Assembly (NCBI GenBank): GCA_964386355.1
Contig: CAYLQQ010000006.1
Coordinates: 2,088 to 66,087 of the forward strand
DNA from: an uncultured Pseudomonadales bacterium
GTDB lineage: Bacteria; Patescibacteriota; Microgenomatia; UBA1400; UBA1449
DNA: 64,000 nt
Direction: 5' to 3'
Of the stretch, positions 47,701 to 57,081 are shown one piece after another. Both the position numbers and the translations under genes were made by a program. Each line of letters begins with the position of its first letter. The stretch's first letter is position 1. Below the pieces are notes generated by a model. The model ran no database searches and was not told the origin of the DNA. It saw only the letters and a program-made list of their open reading frames with translations.

Positions 47701-49969
47701 CCCTTCTGTAAGAACTGATACTTCAGGCCGTGCCGTACTTCGTTTCAAGCTGCCGGATAACCTGACTACGTGGGTATTATCTGCAGTTGGAGATACACAA
47801 GCAACTACTGTCGGACAAACACGAAATGAAATTGTAGTTTCCAAAGATGTCATTGTTCGCCCATTCTTACCAAATATCATTCGTGAACAAGATGATCTGG
47901 CAATTCTAACCCTGGTTCAAAACTTTACTGATCAGGATCATAGTTTTGATATCAATTTATCTTTTGACTCAGGTGATGTTAGAGATGCGACAAAATCAGC
48001 AGTTTTTATCAAATCAAAAGAGTCTGTTGAGGTTACATGGCAGGTAAAGGCAACTAAAGTTAATCCTGATTCTAAACTCCGTTTTTCTGCTATTGCTACC
48101 GATAACTCTAAACTGCAGGATGTGATCACTCAACAGATACCTGTCCACGCATATGGGTATTTAGAAACCCGGGGTGAAACAGGTTATGGCGATGCGTCAT
48201 TTAAACCAGTACTCGCAAAAGACAGCAGCCCAGAGAAATCCTCCGTTACCCTATCACTCTCTCCTTCACTAGTCGGAATGTTGCCTACAGCAATGCAGTA
48301 CTTAGTTGATTACCCGTACGGCTGCGTAGAGCAAACCACGAGCCGTCTCATGCCTGTGTTGCAAGCTAAACAAAACCCTGAACTCTTTGCGGATGTAATC
48401 AAAGACAAAAATCTTGATGAAATGGTTAACAAAGGATTGGATCGTCTGAGAACTCTGCAGTACTTTGATGGTGGTTGGAACTGGTGGTCATATGGTGAAT
48501 CAAATCCCTTTATCACTGCATATGTTGTTGAAAACCTAGTTCTTGCTAAAGACTTGGGGTTTTCAGTGGACAGTGAAATGCTCCAATTGGCTGAAAGCTT
48601 CTTATCCCGGATTGATAAACAAATTACAGCAGAAGATATGATTCCCAAAAAATATGGCCTTGCCCTGCTTAAATCTGAAACGTATAAAACGTCAAGAAGT
48701 CCTGTCATTGAAAACAGTCCAGATCTTACCGCTCTGGCAGTTATGACAAATTACCTCAATGGAGTGACAGATCCCTCAGAAAACGGTTTGCAAAAACTTA
48801 TTGCAATGGGAAAGGCACAAGGAGATGGTTTGTACTGGGAAGCTGGCAAGAAAGATCGCTTTGCATCCAAAGATGCCTCAACAGCTCTGGCTTTACGGGC
48901 AATTCTTTTGGCGGGCACGGATGCTGATAGGGAAATAGCAGTCAAAGCTGCACGGTACTTAACCAAGCAACACCGTAGTCACTACTGGTCAAACACCTAC
49001 AGCACAGTGCAGGTTATACGCGCAATTACTGCCCTTGCCAATACTGATAACGAAGCTAATCCAAACTATACGTATTCGGTAACCCTGGATAACAAGATTG
49101 TTAAACAAGGAACAATAAATTCTATTAACCAAAAACCAGTTCAGATTCAAGTTCCCATAGCCAACCTAAAACCCAATGGTTCAGTATTGAGCATTTCTAA
49201 GCAAGGTGAAGGTCAAATATACTCCACATTAGTCACAAAGGAATTTCATACTGATAGAACTGCAAAAGCAATAGATCACGGCATGACCATAACCAGAGAG
49301 TATGTAAATGAAAAAGGAGAGGAATATAGTCTTGGTCTTGGTGATACTGCAATTGTAAAACTGACAATAGGCGGACTCGGGGCTGGCGATTACTATGGCG
49401 TGATCGCTGATGAACTACCCGCAGGACTGATCCCTGTTGTTGAAACTCTAAAAAATGAACAGTACAGAGATACTGGAAGCAGTTCTTATGATTATTATGC
49501 AGGCAGTAAAGAGTATACACAAAATGGTGTAATAATTTCTCTCTACCAGATATTACCAGGAACAAGAACATACGAATACAAAGCAAGGGTCGTTTCTCAT
49601 GGATCGTTTATTGTTCCTCCTGCCACAACGTCTCTCATGTACACACCTGAAATATATGGACAATCAGATGCTTACACGTTAACCATAGACAAAGAATCAA
49701 AAATTATTCCAGGTAAAAAGATCCAGAAAATCATTAAGGATAAAAGCAATTTACGACTAGATGAAAAAGCTAAACTCAAGCTGGGGATAATTTTACTAGT
49801 TGCTGTAATACTGATAATAAGCTTGCTTTTGCTACGTCCGGCTATTAGAAATACGTTTTTATATAAACAGCTTACACAAAAGCTACGTATTCTACGCAGA
49901 AAACAGAATCCAGAAACTATACATTTAGAAGATGATATACAGCAAAATCCGCCCCCTCAGCAACAGTAA
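44789..49969 (+). CDS. Bacterial alpha-2-macroglobulin (thioester protein) with an internal Hint domain and C-terminal TM anchor
   Basis: TDRPLYRPGD (MG2), AVDKALF, FKDTAYWNP...LPDNLTTW, thioester YPYGCVEQ, DGGWNWW, DELPAGL, C-terminal hydrophobic helix. Confidence 0.93.
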   Translation: MHQLFSNRLFFSFSFLTIFGLTNFLPNFKLPFFHTSPSPTPAPHATEMPQTDGDVLGNYRYKPSIHISGGKDSYSTGGLIALSSKEEPSVEISAYNTSGEVQIDVWEADEQAVLEYLTHDKDGKQTKRIESVDRFKFIGTSKADINGSYGRESKALLPLAETGIYFLKISKGDIAEQAFIIRSSFGAVVKEGDDELIFWSQDFDTKRSLQSGTVTTFNLLDNAVEVTSAGIDGQGVAKLPVSENNDIALVKNDGKLAVVPLNLRYLNYGYSYKEFQRKERQNKFFTFTDRPLYRPGDTIYFKSVVRDDDDARYTLPAGNVTVGLYSGWSEEDKISEKTLTFDEFGTVSGDFKLPETAKTGDYHVKINLTERIYSNSYFQVEHFRKPEYSIDVNIPKTTYISKDEMVFTISGSYFSGQPLANQAVKYRVFSGDYYQYEYYDETDAYFLNEDYRYGNWWGNSSEQSSMTVTLNHLGKADVTLKLDNNSNRNRVYSIEAEFDNGSGNPSFVRKNMLVYAGEYDLYRKDYHSYYGSLSQPLDLPLRLVSHVNQPVSNIDLHTNIEVTNWVEERVPEEKYPRYRKVVETVPSISSKTDNQGYATFSFQPTKTGSYTFHVIGTDKRGNTISKDFYAYVTDKNYPYFSSEQDTGLSLQLDKKEYNPTDTATLSIFSNIPNRDIFLTFERNRVNRYQVLSLEGTNGSVEVPLFDTDMPNIYPTLTSFSDDNIDRVSENLKVSTVSKQLQVRIQTDKPSYGPGEVVTARLETSDMAGNPQSADVALWAVDKALFELVSENPKKISETFWSERYANTSTAHSLEGITANVAEMGGCFTAGTQILLANGTSSPIESIKPGDVIKTRKSETNSALVKAKVSSVHIATVSGILKINNNLEVTPEHIVWLNGRWQEIGNAQIGDLLFDRQGKKVQIASIEWLSGKRTVYNLEIENRHTYFANSVWVHNQKGGGGRTVFKDTAYWNPSVRTDTSGRAVLRFKLPDNLTTWVLSAVGDTQATTVGQTRNEIVVSKDVIVRPFLPNIIREQDDLAILTLVQNFTDQDHSFDINLSFDSGDVRDATKSAVFIKSKESVEVTWQVKATKVNPDSKLRFSAIATDNSKLQDVITQQIPVHAYGYLETRGETGYGDASFKPVLAKDSSPEKSSVTLSLSPSLVGMLPTAMQYLVDYPYGCVEQTTSRLMPVLQAKQNPELFADVIKDKNLDEMVNKGLDRLRTLQYFDGGWNWWSYGESNPFITAYVVENLVLAKDLGFSVDSEMLQLAESFLSRIDKQITAEDMIPKKYGLALLKSETYKTSRSPVIENSPDLTALAVMTNYLNGVTDPSENGLQKLIAMGKAQGDGLYWEAGKKDRFASKDASTALALRAILLAGTDADREIAVKAARYLTKQHRSHYWSNTYSTVQVIRAITALANTDNEANPNYTYSVTLDNKIVKQGTINSINQKPVQIQVPIANLKPNGSVLSISKQGEGQIYSTLVTKEFHTDRTAKAIDHGMTITREYVNEKGEEYSLGLGDTAIVKLTIGGLGAGDYYGVIADELPAGLIPVVETLKNEQYRDTGSSSYDYYAGSKEYTQNGVIISLYQILPGTRTYEYKARVVSHGSFIVPPATTSLMYTPEIYGQSDAYTLTIDKESKIIPGKKIQKIIKDKSNLRLDEKAKLKLGIILLVAVILIISLLLLRPAIRNTFLYKQLTQKLRILRRKQNPETIHLEDDIQQNPPPQQQ
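47264..47650 (+). other. Hint (intein-like, PT-HINT/BIL-type) domain, 129 aa, residues C826-N954 of the A2M
   Basis: Block A CFTAGTQI, IESIKPGD, block B VTPEH, block F/G VYNLEIENRHTYFANSVWVHN; +1 residue is Gln; no endonuclease domain. Confidence 0.9.
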
Positions 49970-50873
49970 GCTAGTAGTATTAATTGTGATAAGTGCCGTA
50001 TGTCTTGGACTTGCGTTCATCTTGTTTTGGTCAAGCAAGTTCGAAGATATTGAGCAAACTAGTCTTCAAGCCAGGGTTCCTGCATCCTCTTTAAACAGTA
50101 AATACTATGACCTGACAGATATGGATACCAGTGAGTTTACTTCATACCTTAAAGGGTTAACTCAAAATCCCGAGCAATTAAAATATCCTGTTTCTGGCAT
50201 TGTTGTGCCGCACCATTTGCTTGCCGGAAGCCTAATTGCCCGGATACTGCAGCAAACTTCATTTCAAAATCCACGTACGGTGCTTCTTATTGGGCCTAAC
50301 CATTACGAAGCCGGAACTTTCGGTCTGATAACGAGTAATGCTGGATGGAAAACACCGTTTGGTCAGGTTCTACCTAACCAAACATGGATTGAACTACTTA
50401 CACAAAGGGGGGATGTGTATACTAATAATGATGTCATGCTTAAAGAACATGCTATATCGGGACTCATACCCTTTATCAGTTACTTTTTTCCTTTCGCTAG
50501 CCATACACCTGTAATTGTAAGTAGTTTTACACCCTTACAAGATATTGATTTATTATCTTCAGTAATTGCACAAAATCTTGATCAGAACACAATCCTTATT
50601 TTATCTCTTGATTTCTCGCATTATCTCAATAGTGAACAAGCTACTGATCGAGATTCAGTCAGTTTACAAGCAATTACAGGTTTTGATTATGAAAAAATTG
50701 CCAGATTTACCAATGAGTATGTTGACAGTCCGAAAAGTTTAAGACTGTTCTTAAAAGTTATGCAGCAAAGAGGTAAAACAAATATTACTGTTATTGACCA
50801 TACAAACTCAGGAAATATCACAGGAAATATTCACAGTGAAAATACGAGTTACTACACGCTGACATTTCACTAA
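49932..50873 (+). CDS. Membrane-anchored MEMO1 / AmmeMemoRadiSam protein B family protein
   Basis: VPHHL, IGPNH, WKTPFG, EHAI, SLDFSHY; N-terminal TM helix; overlaps the A2M 3' end. Confidence 0.85.
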   Translation: MIYSKIRPLSNSKLVVLIVISAVCLGLAFILFWSSKFEDIEQTSLQARVPASSLNSKYYDLTDMDTSEFTSYLKGLTQNPEQLKYPVSGIVVPHHLLAGSLIARILQQTSFQNPRTVLLIGPNHYEAGTFGLITSNAGWKTPFGQVLPNQTWIELLTQRGDVYTNNDVMLKEHAISGLIPFISYFFPFASHTPVIVSSFTPLQDIDLLSSVIAQNLDQNTILILSLDFSHYLNSEQATDRDSVSLQAITGFDYEKIARFTNEYVDSPKSLRLFLKVMQQRGKTNITVIDHTNSGNITGNIHSENTSYYTLTFH

Positions 50874-50928
50874 ATAACATAAAACGTTACTTGTAGCGTA
50901 CATACGCTCACCTGTATAATCTATCCAT

Positions 50929-52653
50929 ATGCCTACCCTACATCACCTTTTTACCCTCAAGCTTGGCGGGGCCGCTGGCCAGGGAATTAAATCGATTGGC
51001 CTCACTTTCTCCAAGATCTGTACCCGTAGCGGATACCATGTCTACAATTATACTGAATATCCCTCTTTGATCCGTGGTGGTCACAACATGATGCAGACCA
51101 CAGTCAGTCCCGATCCAGTTAACTCGCCTACCTTACATACCAGTTTACTGATTGCCCTCAACCAGGAAACAGTAGACTTACATCATAAAGAGATGGTCGA
51201 TGGGGGTATCATCATGTTTGATAAAGATTCCGGCATTGCAGCAGATGGGGTTGACCCTAAAGTCAAGATTGTAGCTATACCGCTTGTTAAACTTGCTGAA
51301 GAAGTTGGAGGCAAAGCTATCATGGCCAATACAGTAGCCATGGGTGCAACCATTGCCCTTCTAAAGGGTGAATTACAGCTTCTCAAAGACCTCTTAACGC
51401 ACGAATTTGCAGACAAACCACAAGAAATAACTGAGGTTAATCACAAAGCAGCTCAAGCCGGATACGATTATGCTTTAGAGCATTTTAGTAACCTAGTGCG
51501 CGAGGTTATTCCCCAGCGCCAGGACCAGCCAAAACGCATGATGATCAGCGGTAACGAAGCTTGTGCATTTGGAGCTATCGCAGCTGGAGTCCAATTTGCA
51601 GCTATGTACCCCATGACCCCAGCGACAAATATTTTACACAACATGGCTCCTCATCAAGAAACATTTGGATTTGTATATAAACAACCGGAAGATGAGATAG
51701 CGGCTTTGCAAATGGCTATAGGTGCAGCTAATGCCGGCGCCCGCTCAATGACTGCCACCTCAGGTGGAGGTTTCTGTCTAATGACAGAGGGTGTTTCACT
51801 TGCTGGTATGACCGAAACACCAGTCGTCATTTTTAATGTCATGCGTAATGCCCCGGCAACTGCTATGCCCACATGGTCCGAGCAGGGAGATTTACGCCTC
51901 GTTTTACACGCTGGACACGGAGATTTCCTGCGCATTGTCCTGGCAGCAGGTGATGCCAAGGAGACATTTGAACTAACTCAGCAAGCTTTTAACCTGGCTG
52001 AAAAATACCAAACTCCAGTGATTGTTCTCACGGATAAGCTTAGCGCTGAAAATGATCAGAGTTTTGAACCGTTTGACAATTCTGATTATGAGGTTAGTAG
52101 AGGTAAGTTCACTACCCATAAGATCCCTGACTACAAACGTTACGAGCTGACAGATGAGGGTATTTCACTTCGCACTCCTGTTGGGTCGGACAACTTTTTT
52201 ATAGCAAACTCTGATGAACATGATGAAGAGGGGTTTTCTATTGAGGATATTAAAATGAGGAGTGCTCAGATGGAAAAACGGAACCGGAAATTTAAAACAT
52301 GTATGCATGAAGATATGCCTAAGCCTACTCTCTATGGACCTAAAGATGCTGACGTAACTATTGTTTCCTGGGGTTCCAATAAAGGAGCTATTATTGACGC
52401 GCTTACATACTATCCTAACGTCAACTACCTTCATTTAACCTGGATCAATCCTTTTCCATCTGAAGCTGTCAAAGAAGTGCTGAATAGTGCTAAATACGTT
52501 CTTAATATTGAACAAAATTACTCAGGCCAAATGGCAGGCTGGATAGCTGAGCAAACAGGTATTAGAATCCTGGATAACCTTCTAAAATATGATGGCAGAC
52601 CGATATATCCTGAAGAGGTGATGGCAAAGCTGGATAGTATATTGCATAAATAA
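50929..52653 (+). CDS. korA: 2-oxoacid:ferredoxin oxidoreductase alpha subunit (gamma-alpha fusion)
   Basis: GGAAGQG, YPSLIRGGH, YPMTP, EDEIAA, TATSGGGF, WGSNKG. Confidence 0.93.
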   Translation: MPTLHHLFTLKLGGAAGQGIKSIGLTFSKICTRSGYHVYNYTEYPSLIRGGHNMMQTTVSPDPVNSPTLHTSLLIALNQETVDLHHKEMVDGGIIMFDKDSGIAADGVDPKVKIVAIPLVKLAEEVGGKAIMANTVAMGATIALLKGELQLLKDLLTHEFADKPQEITEVNHKAAQAGYDYALEHFSNLVREVIPQRQDQPKRMMISGNEACAFGAIAAGVQFAAMYPMTPATNILHNMAPHQETFGFVYKQPEDEIAALQMAIGAANAGARSMTATSGGGFCLMTEGVSLAGMTETPVVIFNVMRNAPATAMPTWSEQGDLRLVLHAGHGDFLRIVLAAGDAKETFELTQQAFNLAEKYQTPVIVLTDKLSAENDQSFEPFDNSDYEVSRGKFTTHKIPDYKRYELTDEGISLRTPVGSDNFFIANSDEHDEEGFSIEDIKMRSAQMEKRNRKFKTCMHEDMPKPTLYGPKDADVTIVSWGSNKGAIIDALTYYPNVNYLHLTWINPFPSEAVKEVLNSAKYVLNIEQNYSGQMAGWIAEQTGIRILDNLLKYDGRPIYPEEVMAKLDSILHK

Positions 52654-52661
52654 TTCCGTTG

Positions 52662-52745
52662 TGTCATTATGAAACTGGCTGCAAGCCAATGTCCAGGATC
52701 TCGTGTATCATCCCATAAGATGCTGAAACTAGTTCAGTAAGATAA
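52662..52745. repeat. REP-like element after korA
   Basis: TGTCATTATGAAAC...CAGGATCTC ... GATGCTGAAACTAGTTCAG, related to 30819..30899. Confidence 0.5.
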
Positions 52746-52750
52746 TTACT

Positions 52751-54018
52751 ATGATTGACAATATCGTAGAATCTAATCAACTAAGCGATCTCCAAGTCGA
52801 TTCACCATCTGTTCCCAATCTTCAAAAACAAAACCGATTACTTAAGATCATCCTTACAGTAATCTCTCTGCTTTTTATTTCTACATTAGCAACACTAGTT
52901 CTCCTTGTTTTCCTAACAAAAAAAGATAAATCAAATACTCAGTTGCCAACTGCTGAACTCACTCAAGCCACAACTCAACCAACTATTCAAGGCCTTTCTG
53001 AAAATGAAGTACCTAGTGATTGGAAAACGTATGCGAATAAGGATTATAAATACCAGATTCAATGTCCTTCAACTTCAATTCATCATATTCAGGTTACCCA
53101 GGGTGATGGTACTAATATCCCATATTTTCAAGAGATTTGTTATGAAAAGACTAATCAAGTTACTATCAGCATAAAAAACGAAAAAATCTTACCTGATCTA
53201 GTTACTTTAACTAATAAGTTAAAAGGTACATCTCTAATACCAGAAAACTATAAAAGTTTCTCAATAAACGATAAAAAGGGTATTCAATACAACACAGTAA
53301 ATAATTCAGGTCAAATTGAGGCGTATATTGTTGAAGTAATAATACCAAATTCTAATACAGACTCAAAATTACTCCTTAGAGGCTTTAATAAGGATTATTT
53401 TGATCAGATTTTATCTACATTAATGTTCTTTAATGAGAAGCAAATTATATCTATACCAACTCAAAAAAACTCAACAATGATTAGTTACACACTGCCTTCA
53501 GGCTGGACAACTGCAAATGAATCTCCCCGCCGCCAAGCGGTCGGGGTATCTCAAGGATTTAATTCTTTTATAACAAGGTAACGACGCAAGCGTCGAGGAA
53601 TTAAACCTTAAGAGAGATTAATACTGTTAACAGTTTTGAGCTTGGGTATGATGCAAATACACATTCTGCCGATACCACAACATTTCCAAATAATATTACT
53701 ATATTTTTAAAAAACACCCGGCGTGCATCACCATTTTCAGTTGGATTGTTTGATTATGACGGAAGTTCACGACATTCCTTTATTTATAAACAGATGAATG
53801 TTGAACCTACAAAAGGTGATGCTCCTGATAAATATAAAGAGGTTGAATATATATATAATGATCGTTCTTGTTTGGTTTTGGAAAACATGTATTACTCACA
53901 ATCTCCCACAGTCTGGGGAATGTGTGATGCCGGGAATGGGAAAGCATTCCTGTTCACATCTTACATTACGGGGACTAACGATTATTTACAGTGGTTACAA
54001 ACTGTTAAAGTCAAGTAG
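52751..54018 (+). pseudogene. Membrane-anchored surface protein (PsbP-like WKTY motif) disrupted by a MITE
   Basis: ORFs 52751..53581 and the frame of 53746..54018 join in frame (GWTTA-NTVNSFELG) when 53518..53621 is removed, giving 387 aa. Confidence 0.7.
53518..53621. mobile_element. 104-bp MITE-like insertion
   Basis: Imperfect terminal inverted repeats TGAATCTC/GAGATTAA, AAT direct repeat at the junctions, internal hairpins CCCCG..CAAG..CGGGG and GACGC-AA-GCGTC. Confidence 0.7.
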
Positions 54019-54091
54019 ACTATTTTCTGGCTTTATACTTTCTCTCCAATCCGATATACTAAAAGATTAGTTAACATACATATTCCTGCCT

Positions 54092-54949
54092 ATGAATCTG
54101 CAAGACCTTACTACTCCATGTCAGCCAAACTGGTGTCCCGGATGCGGAAACTTCGGTACCTGGACTGCATTTAAACAAGCAGCAGTGAAAGAAAATTGGG
54201 ATAACAGTAATACCGCTATCGTTGCAGGTATTGGTTGCCATGGACATCTGGTTAACTTTACCAAAATGACGTCGATAGAGGGCTTGCATGGCAGACCTAT
54301 TCCTGTTGCAACCGGTATCAAGCTTTCAAATAATAAACTTAACGTATTTGTGTTTACCGGAGACGGAGACTGTCTAGCTGAGGGCGGCAACCACTTTATG
54401 CACACGTGCAGACGCAACCATGACTTAACGATTGTATTACACGACAACGCTATATATGGGCTCACTACAGGTCAAAGTTCACCACGCACGCCTTTAGGCT
54501 TTAAATCAAAATCAACACCGCTGGGAAATATTGATGTCCCTCTTAACCCTTTGGAGGTTGCCATAGCTGCCGGAGCAACGTTTGTTGCCAGAGCATTTTG
54601 TATGGATATCCCTCAGCTAACGGAGATTATGATTGCAGCAAATAATCATAAAGGAATAGCAGTAATCGATATTTTGCAACCTTGTCCCTCATTTACCCCC
54701 GAACTGACACCACAATGGTACAAAGATAACTGTTACTATGTTGACCAAAGTTATGACAAAACAAACAAGCTGGAAGCTCTGGAAAAAGCTATGGTATGGG
54801 GAGAAAAACAAATCGCTTGTGGTATCCTGTATGAAAATCCTAAACAGAAGTCTTACGAAGAACTGATACCATGGATAAATGAAAAAGCAATTGTAGATAC
54901 AGCGCCAACCAAACGGGATGTATCAGCACTATTTAGTAAATTGATGTAA
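54092..54949 (+). CDS. korB: 2-oxoacid:ferredoxin oxidoreductase beta subunit
   Basis: WCPGCGNFG, GIGC, LHGR, GDGD...N TPP motif, YGLTTGQ, QPC. Confidence 0.95.
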   Translation: MNLQDLTTPCQPNWCPGCGNFGTWTAFKQAAVKENWDNSNTAIVAGIGCHGHLVNFTKMTSIEGLHGRPIPVATGIKLSNNKLNVFVFTGDGDCLAEGGNHFMHTCRRNHDLTIVLHDNAIYGLTTGQSSPRTPLGFKSKSTPLGNIDVPLNPLEVAIAAGATFVARAFCMDIPQLTEIMIAANNHKGIAVIDILQPCPSFTPELTPQWYKDNCYYVDQSYDKTNKLEALEKAMVWGEKQIACGILYENPKQKSYEELIPWINEKAIVDTAPTKRDVSALFSKLM

Positions 54950-54968
54950 AAACTTATAAGGTACATCC

Positions 54969-55898
54969 GTGACCAAAGGATTAATCACTATGAACAAAGG
55001 AATACAACTTGCCATGCTGACTGCAGTTATTTCTGGATTTTCAATTTTTATCAATAAATTCGCTGTTGATTCTATTAAGCCGGCCTTAACGTTTACAGCC
55101 AGTAAAAACGTAATGGTTGCGGTCGCTATCATATCCCTATTATTTCTGACAAGAAAGTGGAAAAAGGTTCTAAGCCTCAAAAAGGATGAGCAAACCAAGC
55201 TTGGACTGATTGCTCTTATCGGCGGTTCCCTGCCATTTTACTTATTTTTTACAGGTCTATCTCAAATCCCAGCTATTAACGCAGCTATTATCCAAAAAAC
55301 GCTGGTTCTGTGGGTAGCCCTGCTCGCAATACCTTTTTTAAAAGAAAAAATTACCAAAATCCAAATTCTGGCTGTTGCCATTCTCTTTGGATCAAACATT
55401 ATGGTTGGTGGTTTTAAAGGTTTCTCATATTCAACTGGAGAACTAATGGTATTGGGAGCAACTATTTTGTGGGCAATCGAAAATGTGATTGCAAAAAAAG
55501 TTTTATCTACAGTCGATCCGGATATTGTCACCGCTGCCCGTATGGGTATGGGAAGTATAATTCTATTTACAGCATCTATGATTATAAACCCGAATACTAT
55601 TTCTAGTCTTATAAGCCTGTCTTCAATACAATGGATGTGGCTATGGGTCACCGCTATTGCTCTGTTTGCCTATGTATCGGTTTGGTATCGCGCACTCAAA
55701 CACGCACCAGCAATTACTGTCACTGCCGTACTTGTCGCATCAACTCTTGTAACAAATATTCTCACAGCTACATTTATTACCCATACATGGAAAGAAGATT
55801 TTACAAAACAGGGGTTTTTGATGCTACTAGGAATTGCTTTACTGGTATGGCAAGCAAGACAATCTCAGGATAATATCAAGACAATTACGCAATCGTAA
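54969..55898 (+). CDS. DMT/EamA family transporter
   Basis: About 10 TM helices, AVISGFSIFINK, FLKEKI, LWAIENVIAK. Confidence 0.85.
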   Translation: MTKGLITMNKGIQLAMLTAVISGFSIFINKFAVDSIKPALTFTASKNVMVAVAIISLLFLTRKWKKVLSLKKDEQTKLGLIALIGGSLPFYLFFTGLSQIPAINAAIIQKTLVLWVALLAIPFLKEKITKIQILAVAILFGSNIMVGGFKGFSYSTGELMVLGATILWAIENVIAKKVLSTVDPDIVTAARMGMGSIILFTASMIINPNTISSLISLSSIQWMWLWVTAIALFAYVSVWYRALKHAPAITVTAVLVASTLVTNILTATFITHTWKEDFTKQGFLMLLGIALLVWQARQSQDNIKTITQS

Positions 55899-56655
55899 TC
55901 GAATTCAGAAGATCATTCGTCCAGTATACAAGATTTTGCTTTTCTTCTTTGGTCAGTTTTTTTGCTATCCAACCCCAATGAAGTGCCACCTCATCGTTAT
56001 TAGCTATTTCACCTATTACATCAGGATAGTATGCAAACTCTTTGGTAACATCATGCAATACATACATATCTTTTTTACGCCCAATCTCAACAGTCTCAAC
56101 TTTTATAAGTTGATAGTTGTTCAGTATTGAACTGGTACTTAATTCTTTTTGAATTTTTTGTCTATTTATTTGAGGATTGGTTAGTACTTTACCCCACCGT
56201 ATCATGCAGTTATTTATGGATTCCAGATTAAAGGGCACAGAACCGCTAGCCTTACCAACCCCTATATGTAATATGTTAAATAGATGTATGGGTATAAATT
56301 TTTGTGGTTTTTTATCTATAATTTCTTGGATAAGGAATTCCGGTACACCCTGTTTTATTAAGTGTTTCAGCAAAATATTATAATGTTCTGATTCAATATG
56401 CTTCAATATGTCATTACCTAGCCAGTAAGCTTCAACCACCTCATATGAAAAGGGATCTTTGCCAGTAATTTCTGCAATTGTTTGTAAGTACGGATTTAGA
56501 ACAATAAATTGCTTTAACTCCTCCTGAACACTGGTACATTTACCCCCTTGAATACATCGCACAAGTTTTGCGGGCGCGCTCTCTTGACCGCAATAACCCA
56601 GCATATTGGGTTGTAGGGCAAAATGGGAGCAGAGTTGCAGAGCTTTAATATTCAT
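55885..56655 (-). CDS. DUF6390-like protein (hydrogenase-cluster associated)
   Basis: FALQPNMLGYCG, PYLQTIA, DPFSYEVVEAYWLGN, NCMIRWG, VALHWGW. Confidence 0.7.
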   Translation of the reverse strand: MNIKALQLCSHFALQPNMLGYCGQESAPAKLVRCIQGGKCTSVQEELKQFIVLNPYLQTIAEITGKDPFSYEVVEAYWLGNDILKHIESEHYNILLKHLIKQGVPEFLIQEIIDKKPQKFIPIHLFNILHIGVGKASGSVPFNLESINNCMIRWGKVLTNPQINRQKIQKELSTSSILNNYQLIKVETVEIGRKKDMYVLHDVTKEFAYYPDVIGEIANNDEVALHWGWIAKKLTKEEKQNLVYWTNDLLNSITIA

Positions 56656-56676
56656 ACTACATGCTACTATATCAGT

Positions 56677-57072
56677 ATGCCTAAAAAAATCTATATCTTC
56701 GGTAATCCTGACCACATCCCTGACGCACTACCTTACGAATTTGTCCATGAAATTCAAAACTCGCTGCCGAATCTTGTAATCGTATATGTCAAACCCAATG
56801 AAGACCTGCCGTTTGACAACCATGAACATGCCGTACTGATTGATACAGTAGTTGGAATTACAGATATTACTATAATTACTGATGAAAATATTGATAAGAT
56901 TCAACTTCCGCCCCGTTATTCAGCTCATGATTTTGATTTAGGTTTCCAACTTAAGTATTTAAAAAAATTAGGAAAAATTGATTCATTCTTAATTATTGGT
57001 ATACCCATGGGTTTAGATAAATCCCCAGTAGCTGTTAATAGAATTATAAGTCTTATAATTAAGGCTAGTTAA
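56677..57072 (+). CDS. Hydrogenase maturation protease-like protein
   Basis: IYIFGNPD...D, LIDTV, SAHDFDL, IIGIP. Confidence 0.7.
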   Translation: MPKKIYIFGNPDHIPDALPYEFVHEIQNSLPNLVIVYVKPNEDLPFDNHEHAVLIDTVVGITDITIITDENIDKIQLPPRYSAHDFDLGFQLKYLKKLGKIDSFLIIGIPMGLDKSPVAVNRIISLIIKAS

Positions 57073-57081
57073 ATAAGAAGT

